64,000 nt of DNA. Origin: Camelus ferus (taxonomy: Eukaryota). The translations under genes were made by a program, and so were the position numbers. Positions 52,183 to 64,000 of the stretch are shown here, in pieces. The stretch covers positions 117,616,001 to 117,680,000 of the forward strand of contig NC_045697.1 of NCBI RefSeq assembly GCF_009834535.1, in the 5' to 3' direction. The notes under the pieces were generated by a model. It made no database searches. It saw nothing but the letters and a program-made list of their open reading frames with translations, and was not told the DNA's origin. Each line of letters starts with the position of its first letter. The first letter of the stretch is position 1.

Positions 52183-55100
52183 ACTTTTTCTATATGGTTT
52201 ATAATTTTGAAATGATCACCATAGCATTTGAGCCTTCCTAAACCACATATTAAAGGCAAGATCTCCTTCTCATCTAATAGAATGAGGCACATAGCCCTCG
52301 ACACGAGAGGCCCCAGGAGTGAGCAGGCATACTGAATCCGGGGCCAGGCCACCTGGGGCTGAATCCTGGTTGGGCACTGATCAGCAGTGCGGCCTGGACA
52401 CCTCTCCCCTGTGCCTCTTTTTGTCAAAAGGTAGCTCTTTTGTCAACAGGGCTAATAATCCTGGGAAACCACACTTTCATCAAGCCCTGCTTTCAGAATT
52501 AAATTAGGTAATTTACGCAGAGAGCTCGGAACAGCACCTCCTACTTCTTATCACACACAGATCAACGCACAGTAACCCAGCTTATGTCAAGGGCGGAGGA
52601 AGAGAAGTCATCTCCAAACGTAGTAAGACAGCTCCTCATAAAAAAAAAGTGATTCCAAGCCACGTGAGAGTTACCAATATGCAGTTTGAGACACAAATAT
52701 ATAGAATATCCTGGTTTCTTACATGTAGACCTACCGGAAATTCATGCACCTTCTTTTCCAAATCCACCCTCTCATCCTACCGCTCCCTTGAAATTGATAG
52801 TCCTGAGCTGGGAAAAGGGTCTGTTTTCCTCGCTACTACAAACCCAAACTCAAAAACAAGATCTTAAGTAAAGAGAAGCCAGAGCAGAATTTGGAAACTG
52901 AAACAAGTAATTTAAACTTCAAAGCCCTTTAGGGTAAATCACTCCAAAGAACCATACAGTCTGTGGATAAAGAGGCTTTGGGAACTGTCGGGAACCCTAA
53001 TGAACTGAGCGACACTCTGCAAGCGCACTGCCACCAAAGAGCCTGCTTCTGCTCCAAGCACTCAGCGGATTCTGCCTGCAGCGTGCCTTAGGTGTACAGT
53101 TATCTATAATGAGACACAAGAAGGTCATTTCTTTCGGACCGCATCTTCATTCAAGCATCCGTCGCCGTATGTCTGAAGAACGATGCGTCTCCTAGATGCG
53201 AACGCAGCACGAGGTCAGAGGAAACGAACAGGAGTATGGTTCTCGGGGTGACCCGCCTCCCTGCTCCGGGACGCGTGGCCTCTGGACCGGGAAAGATCCG
53301 CCTCTTTTTGTCCCAATCAATCATTAGCTGGAAACCAGCGTAAATTCTGATTGGCCGAGCTGGAACCCAGGGACACAGGAACCCTGCTCCCCACACCGAT
53401 TCCCCCCCCCCCCCCGCCAATCCCGTGCCCATCCACCTGCTCCAAGAACCGGCGAGGGCTTCACTGCCCGGGGATTGGTTCCAGCAGATCCCACCACTTG
53501 TGCAGCCCCTCGGGAGGAACAAGGCCCCCTGCACTTTCGACCCCACTGAAGTAGGCACTCCCTTCCTGAAGATGCCAGAGCCTCAGAAATAATCAAAGCT
53601 GAGCCCCCTTCCCCTCCCCCAGCCGGGCCTTCCTCGGGCAGGGCTGCGCAGGGGGGCGGGGCACAGCGACTCTCACAGCATCTTCGTGGGTTTCTCCAAA
53701 TCCCCTGCTCCGGAAGCTCTCATTTCAGTCACCATCACCTTGGAACGGCCGTGGCTTCCCCCAGCTGACAACTCCCATGCCAACCCCCAGCCCCAGGCAT
53801 CATCCTTCCGCTCAGGCTGTGGGGTCCTGCCCCTCCCAGGCCTTTGGGGAAACTTCACGCAGCACCTCCTCTGTCTCCCGTGACCCACATCTGCGTCTCA
53901 GGCAAGACTCAAGTTCTCTTTCCGGGACCTAGGTCCCAGCGACCATGAGCCCCTGGGACAGGGGACACATGTTACACTGCCCCTCCCCACCTGGGGGGGA
54001 GTATGAATAAACTCCCTCACCTCCTGTCTCACCACCTTCGCCCTAGGAGGCCACCGGGCCGTGGGGCCCTGGGGGTGACAAGGCCATGACCCGCTTCAGA
54101 GGTCCGGACCCAGCTCTGGTCCATGTGGATGTGTGTTCCTGGCCTTCGGGACCTCTGCCAAAACAGGCAGAAAGAATCCTACCTCAAATTCCTGATAGAC
54201 TAAGCTAACTTTTAACTGCCTCAGTGGTCATTTCTAACAGAAAACGTATGTAAATTATAGAATTACTTACATAGTAATTATGTAAGTCAACATTAATATT
54301 TACTCAAAGTTAAATATAAAGAATAAAAATAGTCCTTAATACCAAATAATCAATTATCATTTCTATATTTTGGATTCTGGCAGGATATAATTTGAGGATA
54401 AAAGGCTTTCAAATACACAAGGTTGACCTTGAACTCGTATAAGCAGATATTATTAATATATGAATAAGCTAGGCAGATTTTTTCAAGCAGAAATTGAAGA
54501 ATTTTCACATGAGCTAAGATTCAATCCTTATGAACATTATCAGAATATTAATAACTTGGATTTTTAATTAAATACAAATTCTTTGTCATAATTAACAACT
54601 GAAGCAGCAATTGATCGTTTCTACATAAAGAACTAAAAAAAAAAATTATTCCCAAAACTGTTTGAAAAACTATTCCCCAAACTGTTCTTATTTCTGATAC
54701 GAAGCGTTTAGAATAACATGTGAAAGACAGTAGCGGTTCATGCCTTACAAATTCTATTCCTTCCCCTGCAAGGTGGCTGCAAACATTTTATCTGCTATCC
54801 ACAGGGAAGTCTGAATCTTAATATTCCTGTCCAAGTAGGTTTTCCTGTAAAATGTCACACACTTTTGAAAGGTAATTTGTGCAATACTGCTTAGAAATAG
54901 GCCCCCCAAAGCAGACAAGGATCTGGAAAGACAACCTCTGAAGGTCTGTGAATGAATCCTCTGGAACCCAGGGAGACAGAATGATGAACCAGACCCAGTT
55001 ACCTCCTGTGCGGTGCAGGGGCACCGGTCCTTTACAAGCTACACACGTTTACAGGTCCTGTGCCTGATACGGTGGACCGTGAGAGAAACGCAGCTGACGG

Positions 55101-56163
55101 TGCGTTACCAGAAGATGTTGATTCTCACGCCTTTGGAAGATATTTTGCTTTGAATCTGTGTCCCAGGACAGAATAAACGGCAAGGTTAGTGATGCACATC
55201 TTAGATGCTCAATAAACAGTGACTGAATGAAGTAAATGATTCATTTAAAAAAAAATTAAGTAAGAAACAGTAAGTCAGTTAAGAATCATAAAGAGATCAT
55301 TTTCTACTTGCTCCAAGTTAGAAACCTCCCTAAGGCTAGTGAAATCCGGCACATTTATAATCTATTATAATATTATACTTATAATGTTATAAATGCACTG
55401 AAAATATGAACTGTACCTTCTATTTAGATCTAACTAAAGGACTACTCCCATTCCATTGACACTTCAGAGCTGAACTTATCTACCTAATTTTGATGCAGTC
55501 ATTCTGGGAATAACTAACAAGAGTTTGCCTTTATCATGAATATTTTAATTGCAGCTTCAAGTGTCAACGTTGCCTTTTTCACATGACTCGCACTCCAGCC
55601 AACTGTGTCTGCCTCAGTCCTACCAAAGCTCTAGTTCCCCCACCTAAGTGACACAGTATTATTTTAGTCTCAAAACTTTTGAATCCTCTGAATCAGAAAA
55701 GCACATCCAAACTTACAAAGATGAATGTCATTTTTGGTAACTACAAATAGTGAGTATGTCTGTACGTGTACTGTGGGGAACAGGTGTCCACGCACCTGCT
55801 GAGCACACACCTAGTACCAGAGCGCGGGGTCACGGAGTATATGAATTTTCAGTTTCAGTAGATACTACCAACTGGTTTACCAAACGTTGATGCCAATTTG
55901 ACCTTTCCCCGGCAGTGTAGGAGAACTGTGCTCACGTTCCCATTCACACTTGGTATTTCCCTTCTTTGTTTATTTTAGCCATTCTGGTGGCTGTGTGATA
56001 ATTTTAATCTGTATTTCCTGGATGAGTAGTGAAGTTGATCATCTCACATATGCCTGTTGGCCTTCTGGCCACCATCATTTGCTCATATTCGACTAGGCTG
56101 TCTGCCTTCTTCTTAATGATTTCTATAGTTCTTCATATGTTCTCCAAAAAAGTCTTTGTTAGA

Positions 56164-56171
56164 GTGTGTGT

Positions 56172-56208
<37 letters not shown>

Positions 56209-56227
56209 TGTGTGTGTGTGTGTGTGT
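56164..56227. repeat. Interrupted (TG)n microsatellite
   Basis: Read directly from the sequence; it sits between old L1 remnants. Confidence 0.95.
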
Positions 56228-59200
56228 ATCTTTGGAAACATGACAAATGTCTACAAACAGTAGAATAGAAAAATAAAGCACAGTGATTTCTCTGATGGAA
56301 TCTTGTGTAACAGTGACAGTGACTGAACTACTGCTGCTTTTAGCACCAGGGGTGAATCTTATAATGAGCAAAAGAGGCCAGTCATCCACGGATATTTAGT
56401 GGATTATTCCATTTACATATGATGCAGAAACAGGCAAACAATATACGGTATGGTAGTCTTTGAGAAGGCAGCGAGCAATTGGAAGATGACATTAAGTGGC
56501 TTCTCAGGTTTCAGTAATATTCTGTTTCCAGATCTGGGTGCTCGTCACACGGTACCAATGAACACTTAAGTTGTAGACTTAACATTAGTGCCCTTTTCTG
56601 TGTGCAAAGTGTACTTCAAAAATGTTTAAAAACAATACACACACAAAAAACTTTGTGTTTAATTATGTGTGAACACACTTACATAGACAGACACAAATGT
56701 TTGCACACATACATAGGTGAAGAGAGATTGCACAAAGCAACCAAAAGACACTAGAATTATCAATTCGTTAAATCTAAGTCTATTTCATACTTTATAAGAA
56801 AGAATAAATGCAGGTACCCAAATTTGTTACTGTCTTTAAAAGATAATTCACTTCTCTATCTCTGAACAACTGGTCTATTGCTTTTTATCTCTTAAAAGCA
56901 GAGCCAGAAAACCATGTGTTTTATACTTCATTTCCTTTGCAGAGAGGCCTTCGTAGATCTCACTGTCTGAGTACGTGCAGCAGGAAGAAGCAATAAATCA
57001 CACACTGCCTCCTGACAACTCCTTCAGAATGAGTTCTTATTTATAAAACTCCATTGGTAACTAACATCCAAATCGAATACCATTAATCAAAGTAATGGCT
57101 AGTTTTTATGGGGTGGGACCCACACCTAGGAACAAGAAGATTCTTTGTCTGTGTGCTCAGAAAGTCATATTCTGTTATTTAGAAAGAACTTTGATGAGTT
57201 TTAAGTCTCTGTAAAACCCTACAAGTAAACCTGAAGGGTTGCTTCAAACTGATAAAGATATGCCAAGATAAAGAAGGATGTGTTCTTACTGGTGAGGAAT
57301 ATAAAATATAAACGTGGTGGCAGGAAAGTTCATGAAAAGACTTGGACCTGGAATCAGACAGCCCGAGTTGCCCTCCAGCTCCCAGCCAGCAGTGCGCCCT
57401 TGGACAAGCTGAAGCAACGGGGCCAGGACGGAGGTCAGGGGTCTGGGGGAGTCACAGCCATGACCAACTCAAGGTGCAGTGGCTAGACTCTAACGGGCAC
57501 CTCAACAGTTGAGATGGGGAGAAGCGGCCACATGCAAGAGTCAATTCTGAGCAGCCGAATGAGTGGCCGAGGAGACGGTCCAGGTGAGCATACCCGAGAG
57601 AAGGAAGATGCGTCAGCACTTCCTCACGGAAGGCGGGTGCGGAGCTGGAAGGCAGATCTGGTGTGATGTATTAGCTCTGAGGTCCAGCAGGAAGTGGAAA
57701 ATAACCACCTAGAGCTCACAAGCGTAGTTACCCCTAGAGATAAGATGTGTGCGTAACCCCAGATACAAGGAGAAATCACTCGGGGGAATTGGTAAGTAAG
57801 AAGCTAGAAGGACCAAGCAGGAACATCCGGCGACACCTAGGATATGAATATCTGAGAAAGGCCACAATTTCAGGACAGACAAAAAGGGAACAGCCAGGCA
57901 GGGGGCTTGTCTGGAGTAGGCAGAGATGCAGACACAAAGCTGGAGGCGAAAGGGGGCAGGCGGGGCCCAACATCGTCTCAGGACGCAGAAGATCATGACC
58001 AGTCCTTGTCAAGTAACATCAGGACTCAAAAGAAATCTAGTGGATTTGCTTAAAAGGACTAAAATAAGTATCTTTAACCAAAAGCAGAATGGTGGCAGGA
58101 GTCAGTATTATAGGAGAATGATTAAGCGGTAAGTATTGTGTCACTTGTCACTACAGTGACATATGACTTTGGTAACTCAAATTCAAGTAAAGAAAAGGAA
58201 AAAATAATGAAAGAGCCATCGTAGGCTGTTGGTTTAAGTAGGACACTGAACACATGGGAAAGAAAGTTGACGCACTAGGAACATAAAAACGATGGGGTTT
58301 TTTTGTTTGTTGTTTGTTTTTTTCAGGTAGGCAACCCTACAGCGTATTTTTAAGCCCTTAGGAAAAAGAGCCAAAGAAGAGAAGATGCTTGAATGCTGGG
58401 AGAGCAGAGTGTGGTGATGGAGGAGGGCTCAGAGTGGGTGGGGGACGGGATACAGGACTGAGCAAAGGATGTCCCTCTTTCTCAGAGCCTGATGATGCTG
58501 GCAGCTTGGGGAAAGGGGGGGTTCCTGCCCGGTGACTCCTGTTATTTTTTTCTTTTAAGTAAGAGTTCATTATCGATGCTGAGACTGGAAGGACCACGAG
58601 CTTCATCAGGGAAGAAGAAAAATGGAGCCACTGAGGACCAAGTAGAGGACTGAGGAACCCCAGCGAAGACCCAGCCAAGACTAGATCAGCACACAAAATA
58701 AACCAGTAAAGATTCCGAAAAACATTTGTAGAATTAAACCAAAAAATGTTATAGATGTTCCGGTCCAATAAATATAGACCTTCCAGATGATATGAAAGAG
58801 GGCTGCAGTACGACCTCCAGATCATCCTGTCAGCCTGGTCCACGGTGTAACTGACAGCTCAACATTGATCGAAGAATGACGCACGTCCGCTCGGTAAAGG
58901 TCGGTAAAGGTGAGCCTCTCCTGCCAGGTTGTTCTCAGGAGCGGGGTCGTAAGCTCCTCTGAATAATCATGAATTCCTACCACTGTTTTGTTACATGAGG
59001 ACGAATCAAGGTCAGACGTTTCAAGTTCTCCAACGTAGTTTATTAGTGATTTAATCAGTGTTTTGCTGTTATTCCAATCAGAGCTCTCAGAAGTACAATT
59101 TCATACTTACATCATTTCTCAGAGGAGCTATTTGTATGCACATACGTCTGAATAATGTGCTGCGTGAATTCAAAGTGCAAATTTCCATTAAATGTCTAGG

Positions 59201-62171
59201 ACCTCATTTATGAAGAGTTCTCTGCTCTCAGGAGCCCAGCAGTGATGTGCCTTTTTTAGGCAGAACCACAAGGCGAGTAGGGGACACTTCTGCAACCATA
59301 CTCTATTCCTGACTATACTACAGAAATTGTTCACCTCTGAAAGAAAAAAAAGATAGGAAACAGGAATCTGTAAGCCAAATTCCCCAATTTGTGAAAAATC
59401 ATGCAGCTAAGAACGCGGACGATCATCATTCCACACATTATTCTTTTATTTGGGAGCACAATTACACACTCACATCTTGATAAGTCAAATCTGAAATCAG
59501 ATTCCTTAGCAATTAAGTTGCTTAAGAAATAGAATTTTGTGCCTTCTTTTTCCATTGGCCTGAATATAAAGGTACCAAAATGATCATAAATAAAATGTGA
59601 CTGCATCATAATATATACAGCTGGAAGGAAGGAAGGAATGAAATTAGGAGACTACTGAGATTAAACTTTTCCCCATACAAATGAGAAAAATGAGATCCAG
59701 ATAAATTAAATAACTTTTTGAAAGTTGCAAAGCCCAACAGCCACAGTTCTGAGATACAGCAGTGCTCCTGTATTAGAATAAATACTCCTAACATAAATAA
59801 ATTCTCCTGTATTACAATGCCTTGTCCATCACGATTAAGCAGACAGACCAAGGGAATTTTAAACAATACCTGTTTAGAGGTGACCTTGTTTAGAAGAGGT
59901 TGGAAGTGACCTCTAAACATGGTCCCACAGAGCCACTGACTCATCAAAAGATTAATTCATGATTTTTTTATATAACCAGTCACCTGTTTCATTCCATTTG
60001 ATTTAGCAACCATAAACAGAGCTCAAATGCAAAGAAGTCTGAAATAGGCAGAATATGAAACTACACATATATGAAAATGTATATATGTGTATCTGAAAGT
60101 TTGTGTGTATAAATATCATCTGCCTACTTCAAAATCCTTTGCAGGAGAGCTTCATTTATTCTTACTGAATGAAAGTGTAAATACTATGAAGAAAGCAGAG
60201 AGACAGCAAGAGAGATCATCTCATCTCAAGTATTTATAATTTGAGAGTTAACCCAATATATATGTTTCAACTAGAAAATAAAAGACATCATAGAAAGAGT
60301 AGTAATAGTAAGTCTAATCAATTGTCAAAATATCCACTATGGACAAAAAGGATCATAAAGGACCAAGAAAAGGGACTATAATTTTAGCTCTAGTCATAGG
60401 TTCATGAAATCTCGGGGATGAAAAGAACTTATAAAATCTGCAAGTTCCCAGTGATGCTCGATTTGGGTGATGTCCCTACCCAAGCTGTGCTCATCACTCT
60501 GCTGATAAAGAACCTCCCACGGAATTCCATTTTTTTTTCCTTTGGGTGCTGATATCCTAGCCTTCAAAGCTGAAATAGCTTCCTCTATGTTTCTCTCTTG
60601 GGTCTTGACTCTGTAACTTGAGGTCTTACAAAAGAAGTCTAGTTCATCTTACAGAAAAACTCAAGAGGTGACTACTCATCTATTCTTAAAAAAAAAAAAA
60701 AAAAACCCACAGTACAATCCATTAAGCAACAGACTTTCATGTTCCTGCCAACCCCAATCATGATTCTCTGAACAAACTCCCACGTAATTCCAACTCTCGT
60801 AAACAACGGCAACCAGAACTCAACGCGGTGTTCGGGGTATGAGATACCCACTGTGAAATGAACACTATTTCCTCTTTAAACACTGCGTTTCCATCAGCGT
60901 CCAAGACCTTGATGTATTAAACAGCCACAGCATGCTATTCATTTGAATTAATCTCATTCTCAATGGAAACTTCTAATCATTTAAGAAGTTCCTCATAAGG
61001 CAAGATGAGATGAGCCCTGAGGGACCAGTAAGACCTGCAGAGGTTAGGCAGGAAGCTGTCATTCTAAACATAAACAGGCTTAAATCATAAACAAGGAGAG
61101 CTCAGCCTTTCTAAACTAAGACAGCAGTCTTCCGTAAACCTCCGCGGGTACATTAAAGAGCCCCCTGAAAATGAGAGTGAAGAGTCTGCACCAGATCCAC
61201 TAGGCAATAAAAGGACCTTCCTGGTCTGGAACCTAATTTTAAGAAGATGAAAATGGAAACAATATGGAAGATGGGTAATAATGAGCAGAGAAAAAATAGG
61301 GCAAATAATTAGGAAACGATTGTAACAGGTATGTTGAAAATGATGGCAAGTGGCAGAGCAATGAACACGACGGACATAGGAGATCATTTTAAGAGAAAAC
61401 AGGTTCCATTTACGTTCCACACCCGAGCGTCCAAAATAATGAGGATGCCGATTTCAAAACCTGGGAAATTATTCGGGAAAAGATCATTAATTCAACTGAT
61501 TGCAAAATAACAGCACGCCAGTTAATTAGAATTGTTCAATAGGTAGCAAGAAATACATAACCTAAACAATGAAAAATCTGACCTGGACCTGTTACGGTAA
61601 TAATAATACAGGCGATTTTCCGTTGTATGTGTTGTATAGAGTATACATGTCCTTTTCCAGTCAGCCTTTCATCTCTCGGCCAAGGTCTCTGTCTTGAACA
61701 TTTTCACTAGGAAGTAAAAAACTGGGACTAAACTAAAATCAATCCACTCTACTAATGAACAGTAGGTAAGAAAACCAGAATAGGAAGAAGATGGCTAACG
61801 TTACACTTAGACAACACACGATGGCTTTGATCACTGATAGCAACCCTACCATTCTTACTACAAAGAACTGATGTGCACGAGGGCCACCATTAAATGGTAC
61901 AATCTCTCTCCGAGGGAGTCAAAAAAATTTCTCATACAGACATCAAACACATTTATACACACACAACTTTTTCAGGTTGTGAATAAACTAATATAAAGAA
62001 GTCATAGTGTTTCCCGGTATGCACACAGAACCAGAGTCAAAAGTTCTTATATCCTGATTTTAAAGCTAGAATATTAACAATTTGGAGGAAAGATAATTAA
62101 GATGATAAAATAAATACACGCAAACCTGACCCCACACTAATATAACTAAGAGCAGCCCTCATAAAACATCT

Positions 62172-62945
62172 TGATAAATGCTGGAGGCTGTGGAGCCCCC
62201 CTGCACTGCTGGTGGGAATGCAGGTTGGTGCAGCCACTGTGGGAAACAGTAGGGAGATTCCTCAAAAGACTGGGAATAGACTTACCATGTGACCCAGGAA
62301 TCCCACTCCTGGGCTTGTATCCAGAAGGAACCCTACTTCAAAAAGCCACCTGCACCCCAATGTTCACAGCAGCACTATTTACAATAGCCAAGACATGGAG
62401 ACAGCCTAAATGCTCAATGACAGACGACTGGATAAAGAAGTTGTGGTATATTTATACAATGGAATACTATTCAGCCATAAAAAGGACACCATAATGCAAT
62501 TTGCAGCAACATGGATGTTCCTGGAGAATGTCATTCTAAGTGAAGTAAGCCAGAAAGAGAAAGGAAAATACCATATGATATCACTCATAAGTGGAATCTA
62601 AGGAGCAGGAGGAGAAGAAGACAAGTGAACTTAAATATAAAACAGAAACAGACTCAGACATAGAATACAAACTTGTGGTTCCCAGGAGGAGAGGAGTGGG
62701 AAGGGACATACTGGGAGTCTAAAATCTGTAGATACTGACAGGTATATATAGAATAGATAAACAGGTTTATACTGTATAGCACAGGGAAATACATACAAGA
62801 TCTTGTGGTAGCTCATGGTGAAAAAGAATATGACAATGAATATATGTATGTTCATGTATGACTGAAAACTTGTGCTCTACACTGGAAGTTGATACAACAT
62901 TGTAAACTGACTATAACTCAATAAAATAAAATTTTTTAAAAAAGA
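62172..62945 (+). mobile_element. Young L1 3' end: ORF2 Cys-rich C-terminus (frameshifted), 3' UTR and tail
   Basis: ORFs 62171..62494 (HCWWECRLVQPLW...TPMFTAALFTIAKTW) and 62410..62601 (FAATWMFLENVILSEVSQ) are consecutive ORF2p pieces in different frames. Confidence 0.95.
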
Positions 62946-63269
62946 ATCAATTAAGGGCTTGTGATTAAGCTTCTTTATACCTAGGATACAAGTCTGGGCA
63001 AAAATGGGAGAATGTAACTTGTAAGCATATTAGTTATACATATTGTAAGCTATCAGATGCTTGACATTCAAACAGCCCTCAACAAATAGTAGAAGATTCC
63101 CTAATCCAGTGATGGTAAAAATGGCAGCATTGCCAACAGAGGTTAGAGACTGGCCAAATTTGATATTAAAAAGTGTTATTATGTCTGCTGTGAGCACAGA
63201 GAGAAATGACAAATAATGTTTTGGGTTTTGTTGAGATAGTTCCGTTTGGTTTTGGATTTTTTAATTCAA

Positions 63270-63505
63270 TCAATAAATTTGGGTGTTTGAGATTTGCAAA
63301 TGTTAACCACTATATACAAAAACAGATAAAAACCAAATTTCTTCTGTATAGCACAGGGAATAATATTCAATATCTTCTAATAATCTTTAATGAAAAAGAA
63401 TATGAAAACAAATATATGTATGTGTATGCATGACTGCGACATTGTGCTGCACACCAGAAACTGACACATTGTAACTGAATGCACTTCAATTATAAACAAA
63501 AAGAA
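63270..63505 (+). mobile_element. L1 3' UTR fragment
   Basis: ctgtatagcacagggaataatattcaatatctt...cacttcaattataaacaaaaag. Confidence 0.85.
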
Positions 63506-64000
63506 TTCTGAAAGTGTGTTTTAGTATGTTCTGGATTCATATATAATAGACCTTAAAATATAAATCCATAAACCTATGTGCTCTCCTTATAAATCATGCA
63601 AAGCATTGACTGGATAATTTATATCTGTCATCTCTCAGTCATTATTTCTTGAGACTAACAGTACCTTGACATATTTCTTCTGTTGGTTTAGGTCAGAAAA
63701 GATTTTCTAGCATTGAAAGAGATATTCAAAAAATCTGATACTTGTGATATTCCAAGAAGTTCTACCACTGCATAATTTTAAATCCTTATTATTGGACCAA
63801 GATATATTTATCTTACATGGGAGAGCGTTCCAAGGCAATGCACCAGAAATAAAGGCTGATCTATTTAAATCTGGATGGAGAGAAAAATTTTAAAAGATGG
63901 TTTTTCCATATCATTCTGTTATTGGCTAATCATGAGGCTGTCGTCAAATACAATATATTAGAATCAGAGAATCTTAAAAAAAAACTCACAAATTGAAATG

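Noticed and set aside
58358..58910. 161-aa minus ORF, possible processed pseudogene, and a 10-bp tandem tcggtaaagg
   Set aside because: No recognisable protein similarity, poly(A) or TSD; the short tandem is ordinary slippage.

Overview
Mammalian genomic DNA, AT-rich and repeat-dense. Five copies of a tRNA-derived SINE resembling the camelid Vic-1 family point to a camel, alpaca or llama (inference). The window holds most of GLRB (glycine receptor beta subunit) on the minus strand. Eight coding exons are present (exons 3-10 in human numbering; 107, 68, 230, 83, 141, 153, 293 and 297 bp), all with GT-AG boundaries and compatible phases, followed by a ~1.35 kb 3' UTR with an AATAAA at 1258-1263. 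The start/signal-peptide exon was not found and presumably lies beyond 64000, so 40768-64000 is intron 2. The rest is intronic L1, L2, MIR, SINE, LTR and DNA-transposon debris; repeat edges are approximate and families are assigned by eye. I see no novel multi-gene system. The best leads are: a candidate alternative first coding exon in frame with exon 3; a 27-bp hairpin just upstream of the last exon; a microsatellite-born candidate poison exon after exon 8; a read-through C-terminus in intron 9; a sharp GC3 jump in exons 8-10; and several informative retrotransposition and duplication scars.
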